From: Vairimorpha necatrix
Lineage: Eukaryota
Assembly (NCBI GenBank): GCA_036630325.1
Contig: CP142729.1
Coordinates: 682,001 to 746,000 of the forward strand
Direction of reading: 5' to 3'
DNA length: 64,000 nucleotides
Each line of letters starts with the position of its first letter. Positions within the stretch are counted from its first letter, which is position 1. Below, one piece after another: positions 27,892-38,790 of the stretch. The notes below the pieces were generated by a model. That model worked only from the letters and a program-made list of their open reading frames with translations, did not search any database and was not told the DNA's origin. A program made the translations under genes and the position numbers.

Positions 27892-28188
27892 TTGACATCC
27901 GTTGTTTAACCAATCATAAGGCCAAATCCGAGTGTTGATACAATTGGTAATCATCAGAAACCAAAAGTCTACAAGAGCTCTTAAATACAACAATACATGC
28001 GGATAAATATTAGTAAAGTTGGCCGGCAAGAATTTTACCACAACAACGTTTGACAATTCTCATCTTACCAATATAACAACAAATTACATTTATTTACACA
28101 TTTTATTATGTATAGCGTTAAGTAGCACTATGAATTGTATTTATTCTGGCTATTTTATATATTGTTAACGACACGAACATCCTAATTC

Positions 28189-29341
28189 GGCGCTACTAAG
28201 AAAATCGCCCCCTAATAAAAAAATTATTTAAAATTTATGAAATTTTTATTAGATAGCTATGCATTTTTGTAAAAGTAGAGCAAATGCATGAGGAATTGAA
28301 TTTTTTTATATTGCCAATGTTTATGCCAAGAAAATTCCATTAAAAATTTAGCGATAAGGTCATGATTTAATCCACTTCTTTTTCTATAATCGTGTTTTAA
28401 GTGGGCCCATAAATTTTCAATCTGATTTGTATGTCCTCCCTTGCTGTTTACGTATCCTTTGCTATGATTTACTATCTCACGCTCAAATCCAAAATTGGCC
28501 ACTGCTTTGTGGTATGATAGGCATCCATCAGTAACAAGAATAGTTCCAGGAAGTAAATAATTTTGTAACGCTTCTAGTAAAGTTTCATGCTTTCTTATGG
28601 AATTAATGAAACAAAAAAATTCGTTCATCACCTTCTACAAGTATCCATTGTATATTAGGAGTATCGTTGTGTAGAGATGACGATATATCAATCACCAAGC
28701 CAATGCATAATGCAGTTTCATCGACTTGTATCCTTATGTTTTCTCCCTTATCTGTTTTATTCGAAGGAGTCTCGCTTATAATGTCTATTAGAATGTTTTA
28801 AAATTCAATGTATATGGGCTCGGCTACTTTACAAAAATTGATAGCTTGATAATTTGAGTAAGAAAAGATCCAACAATATAAACACCTCAGAATCTTTTTG
28901 AATTAGATAGTCAATTTATTAAATTTTGTGCTCTTTTCAAACTACATTTTCTTTTGCACTTTTTTATTATACATCTGTGCTCCTTTTCATCAATAAAGGA
29001 AGAAACACTAGCAATTGACATGTTTCCATGACATGATTTGGGGACAGATGAAATGGTAGACTTTATTATTCTTAATTCTACCAAAAGAGCAACTGCGAGA
29101 TCATTATCTTGGAACATAGGGTTCCAAGGATCAAGTTCTCCTACCTTTTCCAGTATCCTTCCTAACATGAAGGGTAAGAAAAATCCGAAAAAAAGTGTAA
29201 AAGACCATTGCTTTGAAAATCGCCCCTTGTTTAGAAAAAAATATGCAAGCAAGTACAAATCGAGAGATTTTTTAATTTTAAAGAAATGATAATTTTTTTT
29301 CTATGCGTGTTTTAGTAGGGGGCGATTTTCCTAGTAGCGCT
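28189..29341 (-). mobile_element. Merlin DNA transposon, frameshifted transposase (ATG 29168 to stop near 28257)
   Basis: TIR GGCGCTACTA(A/G)GAAAATCGCCCCCTA at both ends. Motifs QVDETA, LVTDG, IVNHS, HTNQIENLWAHLK. TSD eroded (cctaattc / tcaacttc). Confidence 0.9.
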
Positions 29342-30759
29342 TCAACTTCCATTATATATCTTTACTTGTGTATATTATTAAAATAAAAATAAATTTGTGT
29401 TTTACTTTTAAAAATGGAATTTCAAAGCTATAAATAATTTTTTTTCTAAACATTCATTATGCTAACAAAAAAAAAACAAAGAAACAACAATAGTGTGAAC
29501 ATCATAAAAGAGCTAACATTATCTTATAGAATATAAGTAATAGTACTAATAATAACAACGTAATTTCTGTCGGATCAAAATTCATGTACATGGTTAAAAA
29601 AATTTAAGAACACAAATATCAGATAAACAAAAAAAAGATTCCTATTTGTGTTTCTCTGTTGAAGACAAAACAGTGGAGCTGGAACCCAAGACCCCCCCTC
29701 TGAGGGTGTATATTTTATTTTTTTGACCCCAAAACAAAGTGCAAAATAAAGAAGGAGGAGCAAAGAAGAGACAAAAATTATATTACACTTATTACATTAA
29801 AAACAACAAATTATAAAAGATTTTTTGAAATAATTTTTCATATAGATTAGATATTCATATCACAGCTTTCGCCGGTACCGCTCATGTTATTTAGCTCTTC
29901 ACAGACTTTGGTTTCTGTGGAATTATTAATGTTTTACAACTTCGCCTTTCAGCTTCATTCCCCTTTGCCGACACCATTTCTTTAACAGTCGCCATATTCG
30001 CTAGTGCGCTTACAGCTCTAGCCACTTCTTCTTCTCCTGTATCCTCCTGATCGTATCCTCGTCGTCGTTCCAAAGAGATGGACTCTAGAGTCTTCTCCAT
30101 CACAATAGACTGGATATATGCTTCGAAATAGGGTTGTATTTCCAGCTCCCTGATGTACTTTCTGTGATATTTAGTTACCACTCCATCCCATGTCATTACA
30201 TAAGAAACTATTCTTGTCTGGGATTTATGTATTAGTCCTAGTTCATTTGCAAGAAGGTCATATTTTCTTATTTTTCATTCTCAACTATAGTAAGTCGATC
30301 CTGGTTGGTTATACCATCTTTAACAATTAAAATTTCTTTCTTCTTCTTGTCAAACACAAGAATATCAGGCTTGAAATGGGTCACCTTTATTTTAGTGGAT
30401 ATTCTCGTATCTACTCTCATTTCTGCACGAATATTTTCCTTGATCCCTTAAACTGAGTGTCCATATATTTTCTTTGTCTTCTTAACCCCATATTTAATAC
30501 ATAGTAAGAGTTGAATGCATCTAACTACCTCGTTATGTCTTTTCATATAATCAAACCCCAGCATACGATCACACTTGGTAGCTAAATGATCCACGGTCTT
30601 CTTATGAGATCCACAATGGGGACATTGTCCCTCTTGTCCCCAGAAGATATTTCTATCCTGTAGGAAGCAGTAAATTGCTACGGATATAGCCTGATTGTTT
30701 CCTTATACCAGCCAGGTAGAAGAGCCCCAATGCTTACTAAATCATTGTCCCTACTTTAA

Positions 30760-31397
30760 ACGGTACATGACCGTTTGGAACCCGCATTGGGAAAATGAAC
30801 CCGCCTTGAAATTTTAAAGGACCCCCTTTAAAAAAATTGCAAAATTGGCAAAAACAATGTTTGTTGGGGCAGATGAGGTTTTTAGTGATGAAATGTATTT
30901 ATACATGGAATATATAGAAAAGTTTATTTTGGAAACATTTGATGCTGAATCGGAGTGCGCCTTGCTCGTTTCTGTAACTAGTAGAAATACTGCTTTTTCC
31001 TTGAGGTAATACAAGAAAATGTATAACCTGTTTCTATTACGATCTCTAATCAATGGGTAGCATATGATGCCACATTAGCTAAGCAAAGGGATGGAGCACA
31101 GTACTAAGATTCACTCCATAAATGCTATAACCTCTAGCGATTGTGAGTCACAATACCATATAATTTAGTTGGGTTTGGCTCATTTCTATAAGAGATATTC
31201 GATCTAGATAAAAACAAAGAAGAACACTATGAATATCTTTTACAGTTCTATAGGGCTTTCCAATTTTCAAAAATCGCCGGATAAATTGTCTTCTGTCATT
31301 TTTTAAAATAAATCATCAAGTCCCTTTTTTTATAATTTTTTTTATTTTTCCCTTTTTTGAATTTCCCTAAAGCGGGTTCCAAACGGCCAAGTACCCT
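30760..31397. mobile_element. 638-bp TIR element with TTAA target duplication, Kolobok-like non-autonomous
   Basis: TTAA|ACGGTACATGACCGTTTGGAACCCGC ... GCGGGTTCCAAACGGCCAAGTACCCT|TTAA (23/26 TIR identity). Removal rejoins the host retrotransposon sequence (HRKLFKV). Confidence 0.75.
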
Positions 31398-32873
31398 TTA
31401 AACAACTTTCTATGGTTTGTCCTCATGTTAATTTTGTTGTAAAGCGCTTCTTTTTGGGATTCTATTAGCATCTTCTGGGTTATCTCTCCTACAAAGCTAT
31501 ACCTAATCCTATGATACTCGTTAATTGTAAACAAGTGGGTTTCCTTTCTGCCTCTACTTTAAATATCGCTGCCCGTCTTAGTGAGCCATTTAAGAGACCC
31601 ATCTAATGTTTTATAAATATTCAGAAGCATACTTTTGCTTCTATCTTCGATACTTATGAGGCCTCTACCCATTTCGTATCTAGAAAGATATAGTCTTTTC
31701 TTGCAGGCAGGCTGTAGATGGACCTGGTACTTGATAAGTACCTGTCGGATATCAAAATCGAGACTTTTGAACTCTATTAATTCTAATTTTAATAATCCTA
31801 CGTGATAGTTTATTACTGATATTGCATGCTCGTTTATAACTTGAATCACATATTTACCATTTTATTGAGTCTTGCATAGTTTTTCAACCCTCTGTAGGAT
31901 CTCATTTCTTACTTTTTCAAAGTCTCTCTTTTGACAGCACTAGAGGCATCCTCTGTTTTTTCAAGGTATTTGTATCCTTGATGCCCTTCTAGTACTACTG
32001 CAACTCAACTACAATCACTACAGTTAGTTGCAGACTTACTTCTGTTCATTTCTAAACCTACAGGTGGAAACCCTTTTTAGTTATCTCATTCATTAGTTTT
32101 TAAAACGACGTCGTTCTCTGCAGGGAGCTTAAGATCATCAATAAATAGAAGATGGTTTGAAACATAAACAAATTCGTGAGTTTTTATTCCTACTTTTGGG
32201 TAAGTTGAATTCAGTCTCCTGCTCAAAGGGTCCATACATAGTACAAACAAAAGCGGCGACAAGGAATCACCTTGTAGTGTGCCATTTTCAATCTTCTTAT
32301 TCAGTATCGTTTCTGATCCTGATTTTTTTTCAATGTGCCACCTTTTAACAGTGACTTCTAAGAATTTACTTATCCATTGAGGGATATTTAACTTGCTAAT
32401 GCACGTTTATAGAACAGAATGGTCTACAAAGTCGTAGGCTTTCTTTAAATCTATCCACATGGTCGTCTTCGGCTTGTTATCATGCTCCTTATTAACTGCT
32501 ATATTAATCATAGCTTGTTCTTTTGCTCCTTAAACTTGTCTAACTGTCCCAAGTTGGTTCTCTGCTAGTAGCCCTCTACTTTCTACAATTAGCTGCATTA
32601 CTTTCGTAGTGCATTTCGTTGTAAGCTTGTAGAGGTTCAACATACAGGTAATAGGCCTAAAGTCATTACCACAAGTGGAAGTAGCTTTGGATATTAAATG
32701 TCGCGCGCCCAACGAGCGACCGCGCCCAGTGCGCGACCGGATTTTTTCCTTATTTTTTAAACCTAACAGAATTTTTAACATTTGAAATTTGTAATTATAC
32801 AAGCTATGTATTTCTGTATGTTAACTGTTTATGATTATTCAACTATCTTTTTTATAACTCTTTAAATAAATTT

Positions 32874-32949
32874 TCAACACGTTGGGATTCGAACCTACGA
32901 CCTTCAAAGTTAAGGATGACCATAACAACCACTGTGCCAAGCTGGTTGA
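32874..32949 (-). ncRNA. tRNA-like sequence with intact Pol III A and B boxes but decayed stems
   Basis: A box TGGCACAGTGG (32939-32929), variable loop AGGTC and B box GGTTCGAATCC (32895-32885) at canonical T8-to-T54 spacing. Acceptor, D and anticodon stems pair poorly; no anticodon assignable. Confidence 0.7.
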
Positions 32950-33015
32950 CTAAATTATTTTGCAAATAATTATAGTAAAGATTCATCATTTTAAAATATT
33001 TTTTTTTTACCCTCT

Positions 33016-34234
33016 ATGAAAGAAGTAAAAGACCAAGTTGAGTATGATCGGCTTGTCCAAATACTCAAAGGGGACGAGGTTAGCCTAGAATGTGACAAAC
33101 ATTTAAAATATAGTCTAAAGAAGAAATCCAAAAGTTTTATTCTTGTGGATAACATTCTTTTCTTGAAGGATGTGGGGGGCTGGCACAAAAGAGTACTTGT
33201 AAGACTATGGTCCAAGCTATGAAAATAGAGGTCCAAGGACTTCATCGGCAGCATCATTATGGCGCGAACCGTCTCTATGATAAGTGTGAGGAACAATACT
33301 TCAGTATACCTAGGTGTATTGTAAGGGAGGTTTGCAGTGAATGCAATGTATGCATGACAGCACAACCTCTCAAAACAAAAGAAAAGTTCAAGCACATCGT
33401 CGCTAAAAGACCCTTTGAAAGATTTATTATTGATCTTGTTGATATGAGAACTTATAGTGATGAAAATGATGGTTTTAGTTGGATACTCACAGCAATAGAT
33501 GTATTTTCTAAATATGCTTTTATCTCTGCTTTGAAAACTAAAACCGCCGCTGAAGTCGTATCACGGTTAGAATACAAATTTCAAACGTTAGGCTTTCCTG
33601 CTATACTTCAATGCGACAACGGCAAAGAGTTTAAAAATGAAACATTAGTTGAATTTTGTAAACAAAATAAAATAATGCTTATTCATGGCAGACCTCGTCA
33701 TCCCCAGAGTCAAGGACAAGTCGAGAGGTTTAATCAAACCCTTACTCGCTACCTGCAAAAACATCTTTGCGAAAAAGGTTTTAACAATAAGAACTGGCTA
33801 GCGGTCATTAATAAAGTTGTTTATGACTATAATACCGCTGTACATTCTGCTACAAAGAAGTCTCCCTATAAGTTATGGTACGGAAGCCTTGGATACAATA
33901 CATGTCTAAGGGAGAATGATGATGATTGCACTGATGAGGATGAAACAACTGTAAACACGATTCCAGGAAGTGATGCAGTGAGTAATGAAAAATATTTGGC
34001 TCGAATGGACAGAAAATGTGTTCATAATTCTATCAACGATTTTTCTATTGGAGATTTAGTGGTTGTAAAAAAAGATTTTACACTAATACGAAAACAAAAA
34101 AACTAAAATTGAGTTCTTTTTATAGTGAACCACGGGAAGTAATAGAAATTTTATCGAATAACCGATTAAGGTTAAAATACGAAGGTAAGGAGGAAATTAT
34201 ATCAATGAATCTGGTTAAAAAATTAAATAAATGA
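33016..34234 (+). pseudogene. Integrase/transposase of about 400 aa with two frameshifts (near 33200 and 34080-34100)
   Basis: HHCC finger (HRQHH...CNVC); D (IDLVD), D (QCDNG), 35 aa, E (QVERFN); C-terminal FSIGDLVVVK...IEILSNNRLRL tail ending at TGA 34232-34234. TTTTACCCTCT precedes the ATG. Confidence 0.85.
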
Positions 34235-37200
34235 GCCTTTAGATAAATTTTACTATTTGTTTTTTTATAAATTTATGTTGTTTACAAACTTTTTATATAA
34301 TTTATATATTGAAAACTGCATTTAATGTTTTATTCATGAAAATTGTATGTTTTTGAATTAAGAAAGTTATCTGTTTAAAAAGATGTCACTAAGCCCGTTT
34401 TTTTTATATAATTTATTTTATAATATATATATATATATATATGATGTGCGTTATTTTAAAGAATAAAGTGTAAAAATGCAAATACCAACGTACTAGAAAT
34501 ATAATATTCAAATGACCTTCGTAGACTATTTATTGAACGGGCGTCTAAAATGTAATCTTTACACAGCTATGGGTACCTAATTAACTAAAATGAATTTTTG
34601 TGAACTCAAATTTAGGTATTTTTTCTAAAACTTTATATTTGAGCACAGCATCATATTTTTTTTTTTTAATTTATTTTTCCAAGATAATCAATACTTGAGT
34701 TAAGAGTTTTTAATGTAATAAAAAAAATTACTCTAGTTTATATATAAATGTCCCTTTTAATTTATTTTTATTGATTATAAAAATTCTTATAAATTGAAGT
34801 TTAATTAAATTCTAAGAATCTTCTAAGCTGATCTATAAAAATCAAACCATAAAAATAGAGCTAATTAAGCATTATGAAAAGAAATAATGGAATACAATGT
34901 ACCCTTAAATTTGTAATTTTTTTATGTATATGCATATAAATAAATAGCTTAATGAGTTATCCGTTAGAGCTCTTTGTTATAATCTTAATGCGCTTATAAA
35001 ATTAAAAAAATCTTAACCCAATTTGACAAAAATCTACCTTTAATTTAAAAAATCTTGTATTTTGTTTATGTTCATGATGTAAGTGGGCGTTAGTAAAGTG
35101 TTACTACAAAAATAAGATCTTTTTGTATATAACCTTGTTAATAATACACTTTTAATCTTCAAATCTATAGTTAGATTGAACATACAATATGTTTATGTAA
35201 AATTTCTTCACGAATTCTTCCGGTCGCGCGCCGGGCGCGCGACATTAAATAAGTAATCCCCTTGTAGAACCAAGCTTCGGGTTCTTTCTTATCCATGCAT
35301 CATTCTCAACAATCTTGTAAAGGAATGGGTGTAGAGCTATACACTTCTTAATAAAGAAATTGAAGATTCCATCACAGCCTGCAGCCTTCCAATTTGGTAA
35401 ATATTTAATAATATCTACAATTTTTTGCAAGGTGGCGAAAGTGATCTGATCTTGGCTATCAGGAATGTATTCTAAAAGATACACCTCACAACTATTGCAG
35501 TCTTCGGATTGCTCTTTCTTATTCCACATGGTAGACCAGAATGAACTAATATCTTCTTTGCTTACATTATGAGTAACCTTATTGGCACACTTAAGTTTTC
35601 TATAGAAATCGCTTCTATTTAGCTCAAAGTTTTGATTTTCACGCCTATACTCTCTGCGTCGGTCTGCGACCTCTAGCTTCCTCGAGTATATGGCTTTCCT
35701 CTCGTAGAGTATAGCAATAGCTTCAGAAGTATCTCGGTGTAAACATGCAAGCATGTTGAGTTCACGTATTACCTTCTTGACTTCACGCTTTTCCTCATTT
35801 GAGAGTTTATTAAAAGCCAGGATTTTTTGATAAGCACTACCTTGTCTTCGATCTCAGTAATCATTTTCAAGATACTTTCTTTCCAAGACGAAGGTTTATG
35901 CTTCTTACTGGCCATTTCTGATGGCAGATCCGTGCAGTTTTCATTATCCTTGCGTTTCTGTCATGTTATGAGAGGGATGATATCTAACGTGACTGTCTAC
36001 CGCCTTGACTGTAGCATAAAGTTTCAACAGATCAACCTTCAAAAAAGAAATCTTCCTTGTTCTTTCTACCTGGTCCACACATGTGTTCTGAATACCACTA
36101 AGTTTCTCCATGAACAAATTTTGTGCTTTTAGGAAGAGCTCGGTTTCAAAGAGACTATTCCCTTCTTTCGAGCCAGTTTCGGCTTTTCTTCTTTTGGTAG
36201 GATTCACTAAGAATTCCCGGGCCGTCATTTGTCTACCACTATTACTAGTGAGTGCTTTCTTCGCTTTGCTCTTGAATTCTAGTGAACTCATGTTAGACCC
36301 AAATTTTCCACAGAAAAACTCGCTAGCTTTATTCCACCCTCCTCTTGGCATTCTACCAAATCTATTTATAATTGATAGGAATACTCTTTAAGGCCACTCT
36401 TATTTACTCGCATCAACACGTACAAGTACTGCTGCAAGAGTGTCAGAAGTGGATTGAGTGAGCACACTAGTGAGTTCTAGCCCCTGCTCTTTGTCTCCTG
36501 TGTCTAATTTGTCTCCGTTTGCTTCAGAGGTTTGTTTTACATTTTTGTTGGTTTTTTCCTCCTGCTCTATCTTTAACCTCATATAAAACAACAAAAAAAA
36601 ATATGCTTAGATACAAAAATCAAATTTAGATTTAGTTATAATAGCTTTTTATGGTATTGTAGTTTTTTGCCCCTTCTTATTTTTTCATTTTTTTAATTGT
36701 TGGTTTATTATAAAAGAAGGTTTCTTAAAAAATCTCCTTTTACAATAAACCAAAAATTAAAATTATAAATATTATGTGTATAAGAAAATTCAAATAAATG
36801 TTCTACGATCTTTACAGATTGTTAAGACAAAAAATAAAAATACAATAATTTTATAATTTAAGGTTTTAAAGTAAAGCTGTTTTTTAAAATTAAATTTTGT
36901 ATATAAATAAATATTTTTTTGGTATTATACTGTTTAAAGATGCAACTAATTTTGAGTGCTAATGATTGCTTCTCCTTTATTTTGCACTTCATTTTTTGCG
37001 TTCAAAATAATAAAGTGAACATCCTCAGGGGATGGCGTTTTGGTCCCCAATTCTAATAAACCAGAAGGGTAAAATTTTTTATCAATTCATATGAATGTAC
37101 AAACTTAAATTAAATATAATTGTGTACATAAACGTATGTTTATTTGTTGTTTTTAATGTCATAAGTGCTTAGTAATTTTGTCCCCTTCCCGACCCTACTT

Positions 37201-37716
37201 TATTTTGCACTTTGTTTTTGGGTAAAAAAAATAAAGTGAACACCCTAAGAAGGGAGGGCGGCTATTAGCACCTTTAGCCAAAACAGCGAACAATACAGGT
37301 AAATAATCAACATAACATCATATATAAAAAAATAGAACCGCTACCAGCAATCTTTTCGAACATTATCTTTAATATCCAAAAAAATATTTTAGCTTTTGAT
37401 TGCAAAAATTTTGCTTGGAAGCAAATAGTAATGGGGTATACATACGATGAATTATTTCGAAAGTCAAATATCAATGAACGTTTAGATGACATTTAGAATT
37501 TAATCATTGAAAAGGATAAAGATAATAAAGCTCGCATGAAAATTATTTCTCTCAAAATAGCAAGCCTTTGCTTCTTTTCGTAATCAGATTGAATCTATAT
37601 AATCTGCTTCATTGTATTTAAAATACATGGCCAAGTATATCATAATGTTTATAATGTCAATAATATGGAATCCAATACGCCTAGAAGTTTGGTCAATTTT
37701 ATGTAGTTAATAGTTA

Positions 37717-38790
37717 GGATCAGGTAAAAAATACGACATATAGACACCAATGTTAATTATACGACATTATTAAAAAATTAAAGATTCGGCGGATTAAGAA
37801 ACAAAAAAAACAGATTAAATAAAGATATTTATTCAAAGCACAGACAGTAACCCCAGTAAAACAGATATAGCGCGTTTTATATATCTATCCTTAAACATAA
37901 TTTCATCGAGATAATATTGCAGCAAGTCATGTTTTATACCTTTCATTTTTTTGATATTATATTTTTGTTTTGACCAGTATGATTCTACATGTTGAGTATG
38001 AACTCCTGTATTTGGATTAACAAAATTAAGTGAATGATTTACTGTGAGATGTTCAAAGCCTAACATTTCCTGGATTTTTTTGTAGGCAGCCCATTCATCG
38101 CTGTAAATAATAGTTCCCTTTTTACAAACTGTTTTAATGATAGGCAATAAAGTTGCAGCAGATCTATTAGTCACGACTTTCATATATCCTTTTGCCGGCT
38201 TGAAGCTTGTATCGACAATACCGAATACCCACACTTGATTATTTGAAATCCTACCAACATGACTTTTTTGCTTGTGGCAAAATAAAGATTCGTCCAGTTG
38301 GCATACAATTCCCTTTCCTCCTAACAAAATAGGGTTCAACAATAAGTGTTCTGAAACTAAAATACGCAATTTGGAGTATATTTTAGAAACTGTCTGTCGA
38401 GTGATTCCATAACTATTAGCAACTGATTTTATATTTGTATTTTCTAACCACAAAACTATAACGGTCCACACGTCTGATAAACTCAATTTAAAATCATAAA
38501 AAAAGGAATTTGTGCGTATGCTATAAGTCGAAAATGCTTTAACACACTTTGAATTGAAACACACAAAAGCTCTTCCATCAATTACATCCTTCTTAACTCT
38601 TTCAGACATATATTCATTACAATTCTTACACTTTAAGCAAGAAAGTAATAAGTTTTTTCTTCTTAAGATATCGATCACATAATCGACTTCAAAGGTTCTA
38701 ATGCTTAAAATTTGTTCCAATCTTGAAGTTCTGTTTCTCATTTTAAGGGTAAAAAATACGACATATTATGTCGTATTTTTTACCTGATCC
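37717..38790 (-). mobile_element. Intact Merlin DNA transposon (1074 bp)
   Basis: Perfect 24-bp TIR GGATCAGGTAAAAAATACGACATA; perfect 8-bp TSD AATAGTTA (37709-37716 / 38791-38798). Confidence 0.97.
37833..38741 (-). CDS. Merlin / IS1595 (ISXO2-like) DDE transposase, 302 aa, uninterrupted
   Basis: CxxC...C..C zinc ribbon, HTH-like region, QLDES, WVFG, YSDEWAAY, VNHS, HTQHVESYW, YLDE. Confidence 0.95.
   Translation of the reverse strand: MRNRTSRLEQILSIRTFEVDYVIDILRRKNLLLSCLKCKNCNEYMSERVKKDVIDGRAFVCFNSKCVKAFSTYSIRTNSFFYDFKLSLSDVWTVIVLWLENTNIKSVANSYGITRQTVSKIYSKLRILVSEHLLLNPILLGGKGIVCQLDESLFCHKQKSHVGRISNNQVWVFGIVDTSFKPAKGYMKVVTNRSAATLLPIIKTVCKKGTIIYSDEWAAYKKIQEMLGFEHLTVNHSLNFVNPNTGVHTQHVESYWSKQKYNIKKMKGIKHDLLQYYLDEIMFKDRYIKRAISVLLGLLSVL

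Larger units (their letters stand above)
32699..35244 (+). mobile_element. Ginger2/TDD-like DNA transposon with retroviral-type integrase
   Basis: TGT...ACA ends, 24-bp TIR (21/24), 5-bp TSD TTAAA (32694-32698 / 35245-35249). Excision restores the in-frame host RT peptide YKGITYLISKATS. No gag, RT or LTRs. Confidence 0.9.
29811..36584 (-). mobile_element. R4/Dong-like non-LTR retrotransposon (RT plus restriction-like endonuclease), apparently full length, decayed, with two insertions
   Basis: WKAAGCDG, YKGITYLI, FRPITC, WIDLKKAYD, NHLLFIDDLK, RLYL..MGRGL, CPHC...DHLATKC, RHNEV, PDI, KYDLLA, MTWDG. Flanked by the 11-bp direct repeat AAAACAACAAA (29800-29810 / 36585-36595). Confidence 0.9.
29675..37279. 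mobile_element. Non-autonomous Merlin element (family of 11479-12716) split by a non-LTR insertion
   Basis: Left TIR 29675 to about 29780 and right TIR about 37175-37279 match the 11479 family. GG...CC ends; TSD AAAACAGT / AAAACAGC (7/8). An extra right-TIR copy lies at about 36970-37050. Confidence 0.8.

Noticed and set aside
32874-32949. Functional tRNA gene
   Set aside because: Acceptor, D and anticodon stems do not pair properly and there is no nearby T-run terminator; kept only as tRNA-like.
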